Shown: positions 38,150 to 52,185, counted from the whole stretch's first letter. The stretch: 63,458 nt of DNA, filler included, from Octopus bimaculoides (GCF_001194135.2; 8 parts of 7 records of this genome joined end to end with filler, not necessarily neighbours in it), one strand, 5' to 3'. Program-made: numbers and translations. The notes: a model not told the origin generated them from the letters alone.

Positions 38150-38184
38150 GAACTGCGCCCGTAGAACTGAGAGATGTGACATAA
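38150..38184 (+). CDS. candidate terminal coding exon (G)TAPVELRDVT* (alternative frame NCARRTERCDIT*)
   Basis: cctaat branch at about 38110 and tttttctttcaag| acceptor; phase-compatible with the 35087 microexon; followed by UTR-like sequence. Confidence 0.4.
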
Positions 38185-38362
38185 CATAGCTTCATCAAAC
38201 GGTAGTAATAAAATGAAAGAAAAAAAAGACTTAACCGCTGACATAGCAAATTGAAACGTACAAAGACGCTGATAAATGCGCAGTTAAGAAGACATATACT
38301 CACACGCACGCGTATACGTATACGTTCATGCATATAGGTAAGTGTTTATGAGCAACAGTGTA

Positions 38363-38436
<74 letters not shown>

Positions 38437-38472
38437 CGTGCGTATATGTGTGTGCGTGTGTGCGTGTGTGTA

Positions 38473-38503
<31 letters not shown>

Positions 38504-40143
38504 TTGTCTGTTTGTACGCGCACGTATCCTTTGTGCTTGTTCATCACCGCTTCACAAAACTACCGACTCAATAAAATAACAGAGAGAAAAAAATAGATCT
38601 TCACTTTTCAATGTTTCAGCTGTTGTCATTTTCCTGTACGACATGGATGAGTATTTTAGTTTATATCAGCGGTTACGTGTACTTCATTCATCGATCTCCT
38701 AGTTATGAAATTGTTAAATGAAACTATTTTCAGAAAAAAATTAACACATCTGAATTCAATTACATCTATCAAGACCTATATATTAATTCAAGGCGCACAG
38801 CCTACTCACACACACACACACACATACATACACACACGTACACGCACAGGGTGAGATAGAGAGAGAGGCTTAAAAACACTGAATAGAACTCAAATCACAA
38901 GGCTTTCATCAACCGGCGTGGAGGGGATTATTGCAGGACATTTTCTAAGTCGATACGCAATGGAAGCGAAATCGAAACGATACTGTTGCTAAGCGAATTT
39001 GGTAACCACTCGTGCTCATATAATATATGTGTTAGGACATGCGTTTATTGTGTATATAAGCGATGTCACTTTGTAATTCAACGTTCTAATTAGATATGAT
39101 GCGCATACCTATGAATAAATAATCTCCGTAGCTTTATGGATCTTCATTTCTTCATATACTTGTCCATATCATTTCATGGGCTTTTATAATCGTGTTGTTT
39201 CACCAATTCACGATGCTCATTGCAGCTACTTCACAAAATGGAAAGAACTTAGTCATTAACAAGCTTCATTGAAATTTGCATTTTTATTCATGGCATTGAT
39301 CTTTGCAGTATTTTATTTAGGTTTTAATCTTCTATTTTTACAGGAAGACGTCAGTTTCTAACATTTTCCATAAACAAATTAAATTTGTTTAATAAAAAGA
39401 AAATAAATTTGTTAACAGAATTAAAAAACTGATAGATTAGAAGTATCTGTTTATATAATACGGTTCTTTATAGAATGAGGAACCAATCATTGGAATCATA
39501 TTTTAGATTGACGCCTTTTTTTATATATTTGCTTTCATTTTTGAAAAGGAATAAAACATTTCTCCGCGTCAATGAGTTCATTTATTCGTAGCCATAAATT
39601 GAGGCATTATCTGCTTTTCAAAGATGGACGAATTTATGATTCAATTCACGAGAGAAAAAAATTGGTAATGTGAACTAAAAAAATGAAGCAACCACGCACA
39701 CGCATGCATACATACACACACAGAAGCACACACACACACCGTATGAAGTGCTTGTAACAATTTGGTTAAGACAGGTATTTCATGGCACTCACGTTATTAA
39801 TTCGAAATATTGATGAAAAAGTATCTTTTTTTTCATCACCATATTTATCATTTGATGAATAAGAATAATTAATAACTGATATTGTGTTACCTCCAAGTTT
39901 AATCTCGTTAAGGATACAAGCATATGTGTATATACGCGTATATATGCGTATATGTGTGTATGCGTGTGTATGTCAGTGTGTATGTGTCAGTGGTTGGGTT
40001 TTACATGTAGAATGAGTGTATATATCATGACTTCAAACATAATTCCTACAACCGAAATATATTGCAATATTTTATTTGGGAATAAATATAAACATTTAAA
40101 TTCTATTCAGTGTTCAATGATATTACTTATACACACACACATA

Positions 40144-40250
<107 letters not shown>

Positions 40251-41440
40251 GCATATGCGCACACAATCACACAAACATGTACATGTATGTGAGTATATAT
40301 ATTTATGTATATATGTATATATATACCTTTGTGCATATATACCACGCGGATAGGAAGGCCTTCTTTTTTCTGTCGAGGGCTTAGATGCCCCTTTATTAGA
40401 CTATTTTCCTTAGTCATTGCACGGTGATCGCCAGAAGCTTTAAGCTTATATAAAAATACCACTATTATTATTATTGACAGGATTGTAAAATACAGCGCAG
40501 TATAGCAAAACCATTCGCACCGAAATCATATATGAATGTATTTATACTGTATGTTTGTGTGAGTAGGTATGTATATATGTATATAAGTTTTCAAGTTTTC
40601 AGTGATCATTGTCCCTTCTTCGAATAACATGAGAAGTGCTTTGTTTTTAAACTGTTAAAAGTTATAAAATGCTTCCCATAGGCAAATATTGTGTTCAGCC
40701 ACTGCGAGATGTCAGAAGCTATTTTGAATACTGTGTGAAATTACCAAAGAGCGTCTGCGCCATTAATTCTCTTTTTCAAAGTGAAGTTTTAATGTGGTCA
40801 TGATACGTAATACACTGAGTGAAGTTTATAAGGATAATAACATCTCCACTAATGTTTTAACCTGTTAAAAAGAAGCGAACGTTATCTAAAATGAAAATTG
40901 ATTTTAATTACTGAAACGAAATGCAACATGGAGGGATTCTGATGTTTGGCATTACGGTGACAATTCCAACAATGTTTTGGTATGAAGAGATCACATCAGT
41001 GCAACTTATTGACAGGATGACTAAAGGAGTTTGAGTGGGGAATATTGTTTTGCACTTATAAATTATTGAATATAAATGTATATTGAAACGATCATGGCAT
41101 TAGTAGCAATCGTAGATGTCGCGTGAGCATAAGTCAATCCTTAATCGCACCTGGATGTCAGCTCACTTTTCCTTTTCCTTGAAGGGGATATGAAACTAAA
41201 TCGCTGGGTAAATAAGTAGACATCAGAATTAAACCACAGTAGTTTTATATGATCGGCCGATTATGCGAGTAATCAACGTGAGGCCATTATGTGAATCGAC
41301 TTTCTAGAACTTTCTCACTGTATGGAGGTCTTTTTTTGTGTGTTAGTTGCAGAATGTTGAATCTCCCTTCTTAGTCACCACCAGCCGATGGGTGATAGCA
41401 GACAGACATTTGCTCGCCTTTAATTTAGCGTAATTATTTT

Positions 41441-41528
41441 TCAGTCGTGATGGCCCAATCCACAGATTGTTTTGTCAAACACTTGTCGTAGATCGTGATA
41501 GTACGTTTCCCTCGCTGTGTAATTGTCG
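41441..41528 (-). CDS. candidate terminal exon of an unidentified minus-strand gene (DNYTARETYYHDLRQVFDKTICGLGHHD*)
   Basis: acceptor gttggtcttttacag|; phase-compatible with exon 41638-41678 across a 109-nt GT-AG intron; a second open reading (ATITQRGKRTITIYDKCLTKQSVDWAITTEK*) also fits. Confidence 0.45.
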
Positions 41529-41637
41529 CTGTAAAAGACCAACACGGAAATCATTATGAGCAGTGATATATTCTTCTGTTAATTGTTCACGAGTTAGTTA
41601 TTTCTTGAAACAGCCTTAGAAATACATTTCCATTTAC

Positions 41638-41678
41638 CAGCAGCGATCACTACTCGAAACACAATCAAAGATGGCTGT
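41638..41678 (-). CDS. candidate 41-nt exon (TAIFDCVSSSDRC, or QPSLIVFRVVIAA)
   Basis: minus strand gcattttatag|acagcc...gctgctg|gtaaat. Confidence 0.45.
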
Positions 41679-43417
41679 CTATAAAATGCATTACTTTAAA
41701 ACATTACTCCTGCTAAATATCAAGAGCAGTTGCACAGCCACTGCATTTCTTTCTGTTACAAACATTGAAGTCTCTAAAAGTACCCAGAGATCACTCACAA
41801 TACAGTCGAAACAGTATTTAATTAACACTGAGTTTTCCGCCTGATTTTATAAATTTTAAAGAGAAAATAAATTTGCTTTTCGTTTAAATGCACATCACAT
41901 TCACTTTAGTAGCCTATGAATAGCACAATTCTTATTTCTGTGTTTAACATTGTCAATGATCTAACTACCTCTAATCAAGTAATTTACTTCTCAACACATT
42001 TTTTCCGGCTACGGAAAAAGCAGTAAAATTCCCGATTCCAAGGAAACTCGTCACGGTCAGCGTCGTTGGTATTTAATCAATATATCAATTATTACAGGCG
42101 TTTGAAATATTCGCAGGCAGTGACGAATGAATATGTGAACGTTTTATGCTTGCTCAGTAACTGAAAGTGAAGAATGGGGAGTTAGAGACAGGAACAGACA
42201 GAGAATGAGAGAAAGAGTGGGAGGCAGAGAGGGAGAGAAAGAGACGTGGCGGAAAATATGATGTCACTTTCGCAGCAAGCTAATAGATGAAGGAACTAAT
42301 GTGAAAGCGTGAAGTAGGGTTGAGGCGGATGAAAAAAAAAGCGTGTTTGAAGGCGTCAAATATTTGTGTTTCTATATGCATAAAAAGGAAGGGAGACAGA
42401 ATTATGGAAGTGTGTAAGATATCAAAACTGGGCAATTGAGACGATTGAATTCAAGTGACGCTTGGAGGGACTAAAATCGATATTAATGAGAGAGAGAATG
42501 GACAGGAGCAACCAGAAGTCTATCTAAAAAAATATTAGGCAAAAATTCGAGAAATCTATCTAAAAGTATTTTTAACAACCACATTGTTTTCATGTCGATC
42601 ATATCTCGTGGTATCTTCAGAAAGGAATTCTAGTAAAACTTCAAGTTCACCTTTGCCGAGGGAGGGAACTTTCGTATGTATATGTGCACGTATGTATGTA
42701 TGTGTCTATAATTATATATATATATATATACATATATATATACGGTTTAGATATAGATTCAAGGCTTGAATATGGTACTTATGCGAAGGCACCCGAATAT
42801 CGCATCTCAAAAGGATGGGTGATTAAAATCAAACAATAAGCAACAGGGATTTCAAAAGTGATTGCAGTACGCACGTTTCATGCTACTTCAATTTATTTAA
42901 GTAATGCGAGCATTACCTTAAATGCAATATGAAGAGCAATCTTCAGCTGCACGAAAATGCAGAAAAAAAGACATATTATAAATGTGGCAACATATCAAAT
43001 CCAAGTGGGAGAGAGCATACATAAAAATCCAAATGTGAGGAAGAATATATAAGTCCATCTTGACATAGCGGAGTCTATCAGGCTAGCCTANNNNNNNNNN
43101 NNNNNNNNNNNNNNNNNNNNNNNNNNNNNNNNNNNNNNNNNNNNNNNNNNNNNNNNNNNNNNNNNNNNNNNNNNNNNNNNNNNNNNNNNNNNNNNNNNNN
43201 NNNNNNNNNNNNNNNNNNNNNNNNNNNNNNNNNNNNNNNNNNCAGTAAATGGAAGTAGAATATACATCCGAGGTAAATCATCATGTATGACAAGTAGATT
43301 CAAATATTATATAAAAGTATTTGAGAAATTCAGAGTATTTGACAAAAACTTTTATGAAAAATATAACAATTGTTTTGTAGAATTCGCCTTATGACGCCGA
43401 CAATTGTATCGATTGTG

Positions 43418-43485
<68 letters not shown>

Positions 43486-43699
43486 GATATATATATATAT
43501 GAAATATCTCCAGTACACGAACGCCTACAAAAAGAAGACGTAAAAGGAATTCAATCCAAGACATTTCTTCATTCAACTAATGGCGACGTCAGTAGATTAT
43601 GATTAATAAATCTGAATAAAATAATTAAACAAATTGAAGAAAGGCTATTTTTGTAATCAGATATCGGTAACGCCAGTGGATACTTAAAGAATGAAAGAC

Positions 43700-43960
43700 A
43701 AACATAAGTATTCTACAATACGACAATCAGAAATATATAGAAACATAATCAATGATACCCTTAACGCCTTGGGATCAGGCTGGAACTCTGACGTCACGGT
43801 AAAGAATTCGATGGAGTCGACCATAATATCCTTCTGTCAAAATTGTCAAAAGTTGGAATCCGTGGAAAACTACTACACTGGATTGAGTATTTCCTGGAGA
43901 ATAGAGCACAACATGTTGTGATCGTTGGACTCCTCATTCGCATAATCACCGAACCTGGAG
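43700..43960 (+). mobile_element. CR1-type LINE RT remnant
   Basis: NDTLNALGSGWNSDV then (frameshift) KLSKVGIRGKLLHWIEYFLENRAQHVV, typical of RT domains 3-4. Confidence 0.75.
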
Positions 43961-44072
43961 CTTAATTATAGTCTGTCCATAGCACTTACTCAGTATTACC
44001 TGACACCCCTGGGTCTTCTTGACACCAATACCTCTCGTAGCCTTGATTATATATATATATATNNNNNNNNNN

Positions 44073-45211
44073 TGCTTGACTATATCCGACCATCCATATG
44101 TCGAATATTTACCGTCTCGGACGTCATCATCTATTGTAAATGGACTATAACCTGGAAGGCACTATAGCATTAATTTAAGGAAGATATTAATATAGTTGAT
44201 GGGTTAGTTAAAAATATTTCAATTAGACACCCCCAATATATTTGTTAATAATAGTAGTATAACTTGCAATAGTAAAGGCCAACCCTAGGTTCCGATAATA
44301 TAGTCTGGACAGTTCATAAGTGTAGGTTTACTAGATTGTAATGAGTTGCAATATAAGATTAATATTAATAATAATAATAATAAGAAGAAGAAGAAGAAGA
44401 ACAATAACAATAATAATAATAGTAATAGTATTAGTAAGGGCACATGATAGTAAATATGGAGGCAGACCATATAGAAATAGTTAAAAATAAGTCATAAGCG
44501 GGGGCTGGGAATTTGCTACTCAAACCGTAGGAACAACTCAATATAGACTGAATATAAAGAAGAGAAATAGACCTGGTAATACAGTACAGTACAATATAGT
44601 CTATTGTTAGATCACAAAGCAGAATATAAGTGTATGACTCGAAAATGATAAGGTAGATATTAAATTAAATTAAAAACTGGGGATAAGATAGCACACTGGG
44701 GATTTTAAGTAAAAAGAGATGAGTTTATAACTCATAGTATGAAACCTATAGAATATAATAGTTAAAATATAATTGAATATATCAATTAGGGGACTTGAAA
44801 AAACTCCTAGGAGCAATTATTTCCAGAAAAATTCGCTTAGTCCAATGATAATATCTAGGATAAATGTAAAGTGAACCAATAGTAGTGGTAGCTTCCCAAG
44901 GACAACAAAGATAATCTACTTATCTTGAATAACTAATAATAAATAATAAATAAATAAAATAAAATAATAAAATAAGCATTGACAGGAGAGCGGTAACAAT
45001 ATAAAAGATTAAGGAGTTACATCCCCTGCATAAAAAACGTAAACAAGAACAGCATGGTGACAAAAATGGTATAGTTCAATAACTTTTTAATATTTTGATC
45101 TGTTCCATCGATTAATTGTGTCTTTTGATCTTTTGTTCTAATGAAAACCATTCCTGATGACGTGCGAGACGGTAAATATTCGACTTTTGGATGGTCGGAT
45201 ATAGTCAAGCA
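44073..45211. mobile_element. ~1.14-kb element bounded by >=57-bp inverted repeats (unclassified non-autonomous DNA transposon?)
   Basis: 44073-44129 tgcttgactatatccgaccatccatatgtcgaatatttaccgtctcggacgtcatca is the reverse complement of 45155-45211 with 3 mismatches; left end abuts a gap. Confidence 0.7.
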
Positions 45212-46010
45212 CAGAAATGTTGACATTGGATGTTAAATAATGTAAAAAATATACGGTGTTGAATTTCTCTCCTTTTAAATGTATAAATTTAAACCTTTGA
45301 AATATAAACAATGAGAACGATCCTTAAGGAATCTAATAAATGATCCTTGGGGGTGAAGGCTTATGCTATATTGGTAACGATTACAGAGTTTAATCTGGAA
45401 AATTATATGTATATATATATATGTGTATATTTATATATATGCGTATATATNNNNNNNNNNNNNNNNNNNNNNNNNNNNNNNNNNNNNNNNNNNNNNNNNN
45501 NNNNNNNNNNNNNNNNNNNNNNNNNNNNNNNNNNNNNNNNNNNNNNNNNNNNNNNNNNNNNNNNNNNNNNNNNNNNNNNNNNNNNNNNNNNNNNNNNNNN
45601 NNNNNNNNNNNNNNNNNNNNNNNNNNNNNNNNNNNNNNNNNNNNNNNNNNNNNNNNNNNNNNNNNNNNNNNNNNNNNNNNNNNNNNNNNNNNNNNNNNNN
45701 NNNNNNNNNNNNNNNNNNNNNNNNNNNNNNNNNNNNNNNNNNNNNNNNNNNNNNNNNNNNNNNNNNNNNNNNNNNNNNNNNNNNNNNNNNNNNNNNNNNN
45801 NNNNNNNNNNNNNNNNNNNNNNNNNNNNNNNNNNNNNNNNNNNNNNNNNNNNNNNNNNNNNNNNNNNNNNNNNNNNNNNNNNNNNNNNNNNNNNNNNNNN
45901 NNNNNNNNNNNNNNNNNNNNNNNNNNNNNNNNGTCAACCTGTAAGTAAACGTTTCATTATAGAAGAGAAATACAATAGCTTTACTTATAAAAAAAAAAAA
46001 GATGTTTATG

Positions 46011-46098
<88 letters not shown>

Positions 46099-48089
46099 CA
46101 TACATATATACAGATAAAATAATATATATATATATTCATGTAAACAGTACACTATGCGTTAATTGCAAAGTAAACATATCTACTAATGTGACAATCTATT
46201 TATTAAAGCTATGAAATATTTCTTCATGTGATAGTCACACGTTTTTCCTTTCAAACAGTTTAATGTTCTGATGTTACAAATCCATTTATAAATTATCCTC
46301 TTCTTTTAATTTCAATCAATATCTGGAGTGTGTAACTTTTGCTTCTGTAGGAGGCCAGTTTGATCACATCAATTATAGGTTGTTTGGCTCCATAAAAAAG
46401 ACAAAAAAAAAATAATTACAATGGCTATTAATAGAGGTCAGACTTCTGTAATACTAGATGGCACTTGAAGTTAGTCAGCAGTTTCAGCGTTCCGGACCGG
46501 AAGTCAAGTTTCTCTATCAACCGCTGTCGCCCACAGTGTTGTTCAAGCGGAGACTGGCAGTCCATTTTAAATAGCGTGGGAGAAAATCGATTGCAAAGTA
46601 ATATGTGACGACTTAATTTGAAAGAGGACACAACATTGTTTTAAATTATTGCTGCATCGAGCACGTTCAGGAAATGAATACGACAGGGTGTTTTCGATTG
46701 AAGGACATTTGTACTAATTTTAGCTCCGTCACTTTATCAAACATACGCGGAAAATGAAGAAAATATTGAGGCTTAGGTGTATAAGATATGGAAAATACAT
46801 GTATCGGTTTACTGAAAACGTTTGAAAGGCTTATCATAAACAATATTTCAGCTTTATAGAAATAAAATGAATATGCGAAACTCTAGTAAAGAGAAATAAA
46901 TTTAATCACTTTATATTATTTTTAAGCAAACAATTTTCATTTTTTCTTCAGTATTGTGTCGCAATAATATTTCAGTTACAAATAAGAATTACAACATCCG
47001 TTCAAGAATATATATGTCATTGTCACGTAGAAATTATTTATTCTGTGGACAGAAGTATTGATAACATTTTTTTCCCTTTATTTTGTCAGGCAGGTGGATA
47101 AAAATAGAATCTCATTCTGATATTTTTCAATTATTTAACTGTAAACAACAAAGTGGTGATGGTTTCTATCATAACTCAAATGGATGTAAAGGGCCAATGA
47201 AAAAGATGTGTGATTATGCAATGTATTCTATGTATGTAAAATAGAAATAGCAAACTGATGGCAATAGTTTGTTTTTTCTCGTAAATTTAACGGATATTAT
47301 AATAACATGGTGGCCGGTGATCATATAATGTTTAAGAAGAATACCATTCTGATAGAAATTGTGGATAAAATGAAGAAATACAGGAGAAACTTGTGTTTTC
47401 AAATGATAAATTTCGCGAAAACTAATAACATTGTAAGATGATTTTTATACCAATGGAAATACACAACAGATGCATTCTATTTCTGTCAGTTAATTAATCC
47501 TTACTGACCTTCTGCAGATATGAATAACAACATGATAGTGCATCGAACGGCGATATAGAAAGAAACAAATAAAAAACTAAATGCTATTTTTTTTTTTACA
47601 TCTCTCATCTCAACCTGGAATCAGTGAGGCGGCCAAATAACCTAGAATCACACTGGCAAATACCTTAGTATCATGTTGCCTTCAAGAAAGGAACGTGAAA
47701 GGGAACGATATTGTCATTGATAGTGTGTGAACGCCGGAATACATTTGATGCTATAGCTACTGAACCATAGCTAAAAACAGACTACCGAATCGTGCCAACA
47801 ACATAAAACATACATTTTCTTCGTTTTCGCAGATATAAATATCTCACTGCTTATAAATGAGTCATTTCTCCTTTTCTTTTTACAAACCTCATTGAAACTC
47901 TGTTCTGAAATATGGTGCCCATGCGTTTGTAGATAGAATTTCCTTTTCAAGTCATGCTTTTCTCTCAAATGAATATCGGTTATAAAAGAATCAGTAATAT
48001 TAGTCCAGATTCACCATTCCCTATTCTTTAAATTCAATCTCTTCAGTATCGGTTATGCTTATTGCGAACACACTTGAAGCAAACACCCA

Positions 48090-48430
48090 GCCGGCTCAGA
48101 TAAGGCCCTTTACCGTTATTCTCAAGCACTGCATGGCATTATTTGGCTCTTGCTGCATTTACAAGAATATTTTCCTGGCTTTCCACACTTGCTAGAGTGT
48201 CAGCTATCACAAAGGAAAGCACCATCTTTGAAAATATTACCTAAATGGGTATCCCTCCAAATTCCAACACCTCAAGGATGATGGATACAGAAATTAGGAT
48301 TCAATATTATCAATTGTGCAGGAGAGCAATATCGACTGGTGATCTGCTCACCGATGTCTTTATCCATCATTCACTTCTTGAGATGCCGCTATCACACGTA
48401 TCACAGCTTAGTGTGCACAAGTCATAAGAA
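48090..48430 (+). mobile_element. very decayed LINE RT remnant
   Basis: RRAISTGDLL resembles the GFR..RSTGDLL RT motif. Confidence 0.35.
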
Positions 48431-48629
48431 GCAACGCGTGAATGTCGGGTGACCACACGATTTGCTCGCTGTCAAGAATCCTCATAATCAGATCAGACCG
48501 TCTTAGAATAGAAACGAAAATGTATCGGGTTTCCTCTTACGCATATTCTATCAAATCTGTTGTGATTTTACTTCATACTTTTATCTCCATAACCTTCATC
48601 GTTTCCAATAACAAGACTTACTCCTGTTC

Positions 48630-48845
48630 GGGTAATATTAGTTTCAAATTTGGCACAAGGCCAGCAATTTCGAGAGGAAGGGGAACAGTCGATTACATCA
48701 ACCCCAGTACTCGACTGCTACTTATTCTATCCACGTCCGTAGGATGGAAGAGCATGTCAACCTCGGCAGGATTTGAACTCAGAACGCCAAGACGGACGAA
48801 ATGCAGTTAAGCAATTTGCCCGGCCTGCTAATGATCCTGCCAACC
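48630..48845 (-). mobile_element. SINE family A
   Basis: ggcacaaggccagcaatttc...accccagtactcgactg...gtcaacctcggcaggatttgaactcagaacg. Confidence 0.88.
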
Positions 48846-49629
48846 CAACGCCTTTCTTTTCTGGTAACATTACTCTCCATTCCTTTCCCATCTTTGTCAC
48901 AAGTGCGCAATTCACAAAGAACATAGATGCCTCACGTAATACCTACCACACTTTGGTAAGCACAACACAGAAAGCTATTTTCGGTTGGGATAATATGATG
49001 TTTCTTGCTTCAGTATACACGTAGACATATATAAGCCGCACACGATCTAGCTTTGTAGAATATCCAAATAAAAAGTTGCTATAAACGAGAGGCATTACAA
49101 AATCTGGATGAAAATTCCTGCCAATCACACATTAACAACTTAGAAGTAAACATTGCGTTTGCGCTTTAAGTCAAGAAATCATCCAAGATGGTAAAAAAAT
49201 AAGACTAAAAGAACGAATAGACGAAAGCTGGAATAAATAATGCTTCTGCATTTGCAACTATCGAAAAGAATTACCAAAGACCCACATGCCAACAGATGAT
49301 AATATCGAGTCAATATCTCTCTGGCTATCATCCGGAGCAACACCATTTCAGTTTTGTCTGCTGGTGCCATGAGAAATATTGTGAGAGGCAACATGCTCCG
49401 TATGTGAGTAATCCAAAGAGAAGGGGAAAAAAAGCATATATCCACTGCAATATGCCACAGGCGGTAGCCCCATAATTATTTTAGTATCGGCACATCTTAA
49501 AAACCTATCAGTGGCACCCATCCCCACTCAACAACTGACCAACATTATGCCTCGCTTTGCAATGAAAACCCTGCACTGCATATTGCTTACAATCTTCTAC
49601 AAATATTAACTTCCAGGAAAGCAATTCTA

Positions 49630-49745
49630 ACCACGATAGAATAAGTACTATGTTTGCAAAGAAAAAGTCTTGGAGTCCATCTGTTCAACTAAAGGCGGTG
49701 CTCCAGCATGGCCGCAGTCAAAGGACTGAAACAAATTAAAGAAGA
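49630..49745 (+). mobile_element. SINE family B, 3' part
   Basis: gatagaataagtacta...aaggcggtgctccagcatggccgcagtcaaaggactgaaacaa. Confidence 0.85.
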
Positions 49746-49789
49746 AAACAATAATACCTAATAATGTTCAGTCAAAAAGACATTATAGG

Positions 49790-50030
49790 AATTTATTTTT
49801 TTCTACTCTAGGCACAAGGCCAAAATTTTTGGAGATGGACTAGTCAATTAGCTTGGCCCAAGTACACAACTGGTACTTAATTTATCGACCCCGAAAGGAT
49901 GAAATGCAAAGTCGACCTCGGCGGAATTTGAACTCTGAACGTAAAGAAAGACAAAATACCGTTAATGCATATATATATTTAGATACATATCCAGCGCGCT
50001 AATGATTCTGCCAGTTTGCCGTCTTATAAC
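49790..50030 (-). mobile_element. SINE family A
   Basis: ttctactctaggcacaaggcc...ctggtacttaatttatcgaccccgaaaggatgaaatgcaaagtcgacctcggcggaatttgaactc. Confidence 0.9.
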
Positions 50031-50579
50031 AGAAATTTATAAACATCGATTTGCTGTGAGGATCCACCCGAGGAAAATAGCTATCAAAGAGATACATAGG
50101 CGAAAGATGGTTGAGAACCACATTGTACACGAATCGTTGAGAACAAATGGTTGTATACAAAGTCTTTACGTAGAGATAGAGCTGAGTGAAGAATATCGAA
50201 GATTGCTTCCAAGAAAGGGTTAAGGATTCACTTCAAGTTACCATTCCTTCGCTTTGTTCCAAGTCTAAACACATGAGATATTTCCCTTTAAAAGCAGATA
50301 TAATATTGATAAATAATTTTGTCCCATTAGATCTAATTAATTAGCAAATAAGAACCAGCCTGTTGGGAAATTCAATGTACATATTCACATACATACGGAC
50401 ACAAACTACCATATAGAATCAAAACAGACACATAGACACATACACACATATACACAAATTTGCATGTACATACATATGCAAAGACACACGCATATCTGTT
50501 TATGTGTGTGCGTGTCTGTGGTGTGTAAGGGGGAATGAGGTTGTATATATATGCATATATACATATGCATATATATATG

Positions 50580-50610
<31 letters not shown>

Positions 50611-50789
50611 NNNNNNNNNNNNNNNNNNNNNNNNNNNNNNNNNNNNNNNNNNNNTTAATTAATTAANNNNNNNNNNNNNNNNNNNNNNNNNNNNNNNNNN
50701 NNNNNNNNNNCATATCCTACGTAAAATACTGTCTATGTGATCTCAAATTTTAAAGCAAACACATAATTTTCTTATGGTTTCTTAAACAT

Positions 50790-51010
50790 TCACTTGAACA
50801 AAACTGTACAAATCCAAATATATGGTACCCTAGGCATAACACCTACATGAACTTCTAACTTGTTGTCTCTTGAGGTCTCTGGGTGAGACTTGGATCCAAC
50901 TTGTACAAATGCAAAGCAAAAGTCAAACATAAAATAATAATAATAATAATCCAAATGATTGTACTGACAAGTACTGCCCACATCCTTAGAAAACCCTATC
51001 AAATTAAATT
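50790..51010 (+). mobile_element. R4/Dong-type LINE 3' pieces around a (TAA)n tract
   Basis: UTR ending aaacataaaataataataat, immediately followed by IQMIVLTSTAHILRKP (cf. 34107 ORF LLGTAHILRK). Confidence 0.65.
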
Positions 51011-51456
51011 TTTATGTTGTATTACATGATGATATTTCGCTACTGCCCCTACCACTCCCTCTCCCCACCCCACTGCAAGCTTTCAGTCATACTGTAACAT
51101 CTCTTATCTTTCACTCACCCTAGGATGCTGGGTGTGTCTTGGCAAGTGATTGTAACAAACATGCAGATTAAAAGTAAATGATGATGATGATGATGAAGAG
51201 GAGGAGGATAACAACAACAACAACAACAACAACAACAACGAATAATAATAAGAGTGAATCCTTGCTTGCCACTGTTAGAATTAACAATACAATACCTATT
51301 GAAAATGTGATGTACCCACAAATATTTTGAAAATCTTTTTAAATAAGTGGAACCAGTTAAGTTAATAAATATTTTTAAAAGACCCCTGTATTTTCAGATT
51401 CTTTTCATTACGTTTTTACTTGTGTGGTAACCCACCAACTTTACTTTGTGTTATAA

Positions 51457-51508
<52 letters not shown>

Positions 51509-51879
51509 TCGAATGTATGTATGTATGTATGTATGTATGTATGTATGTATGCATGTATGAAAGCATACACTTGCACATGTGTACAAACACAGGCATACAA
51601 AAACACAAAAGTAATGATTTGAAAGTTATACACAAACAAATAATGTTCAGTATTTCCGGTCTGTTAAAAATCTGAAATGCCAATGTGACTAAGTAATCCA
51701 CCAGTAACATTTCACTGAGATTCCTGCTATCTAAACCACTGTCGCTTCTACTTCAACCACCAACCACCAACCACCAACCGCTGCTACCAACACCACAACC
51801 ATCAATGTCAGTGGCAGCAAAATCTACCTCAAAACATACACCCAGCTGTTTTAGGTAGTAGGACGCATATTGTCATTGT

Positions 51880-51899
51880 CGTTGTCAGCATTGTCATCC

Positions 51900-51936
<37 letters not shown>

Positions 51937-52018
51937 AGTTATTGTTGTCATCATCATCGTTACTATCATCCTCATCATCCATCGTCGTCATCGTTGTCGT
52001 CATTGTCATCACCATCAC

Positions 52019-52065
<47 letters not shown>

Positions 52066-52185
52066 CCGTTATCATCATCATCACCATCTTCATCACCATT
52101 ACTATCACCATCACCATCACCATCATCATCATCATCGTCGTCAACATCATCATCATCATCATCATCATCATCACCATCACCACCA
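51880..52185. repeat. long compound (CAT/CAC)n trinucleotide array
   Basis: source of the poly-M/D/I/S ORFs at 51851-52323. Confidence 0.95.

Noticed and set aside
41400-41443. Stop-codon readthrough or selenocysteine at the TGA of the minus-strand exon
   Set aside because: The frame closes again after six codons and no SECIS-like structure was seen.
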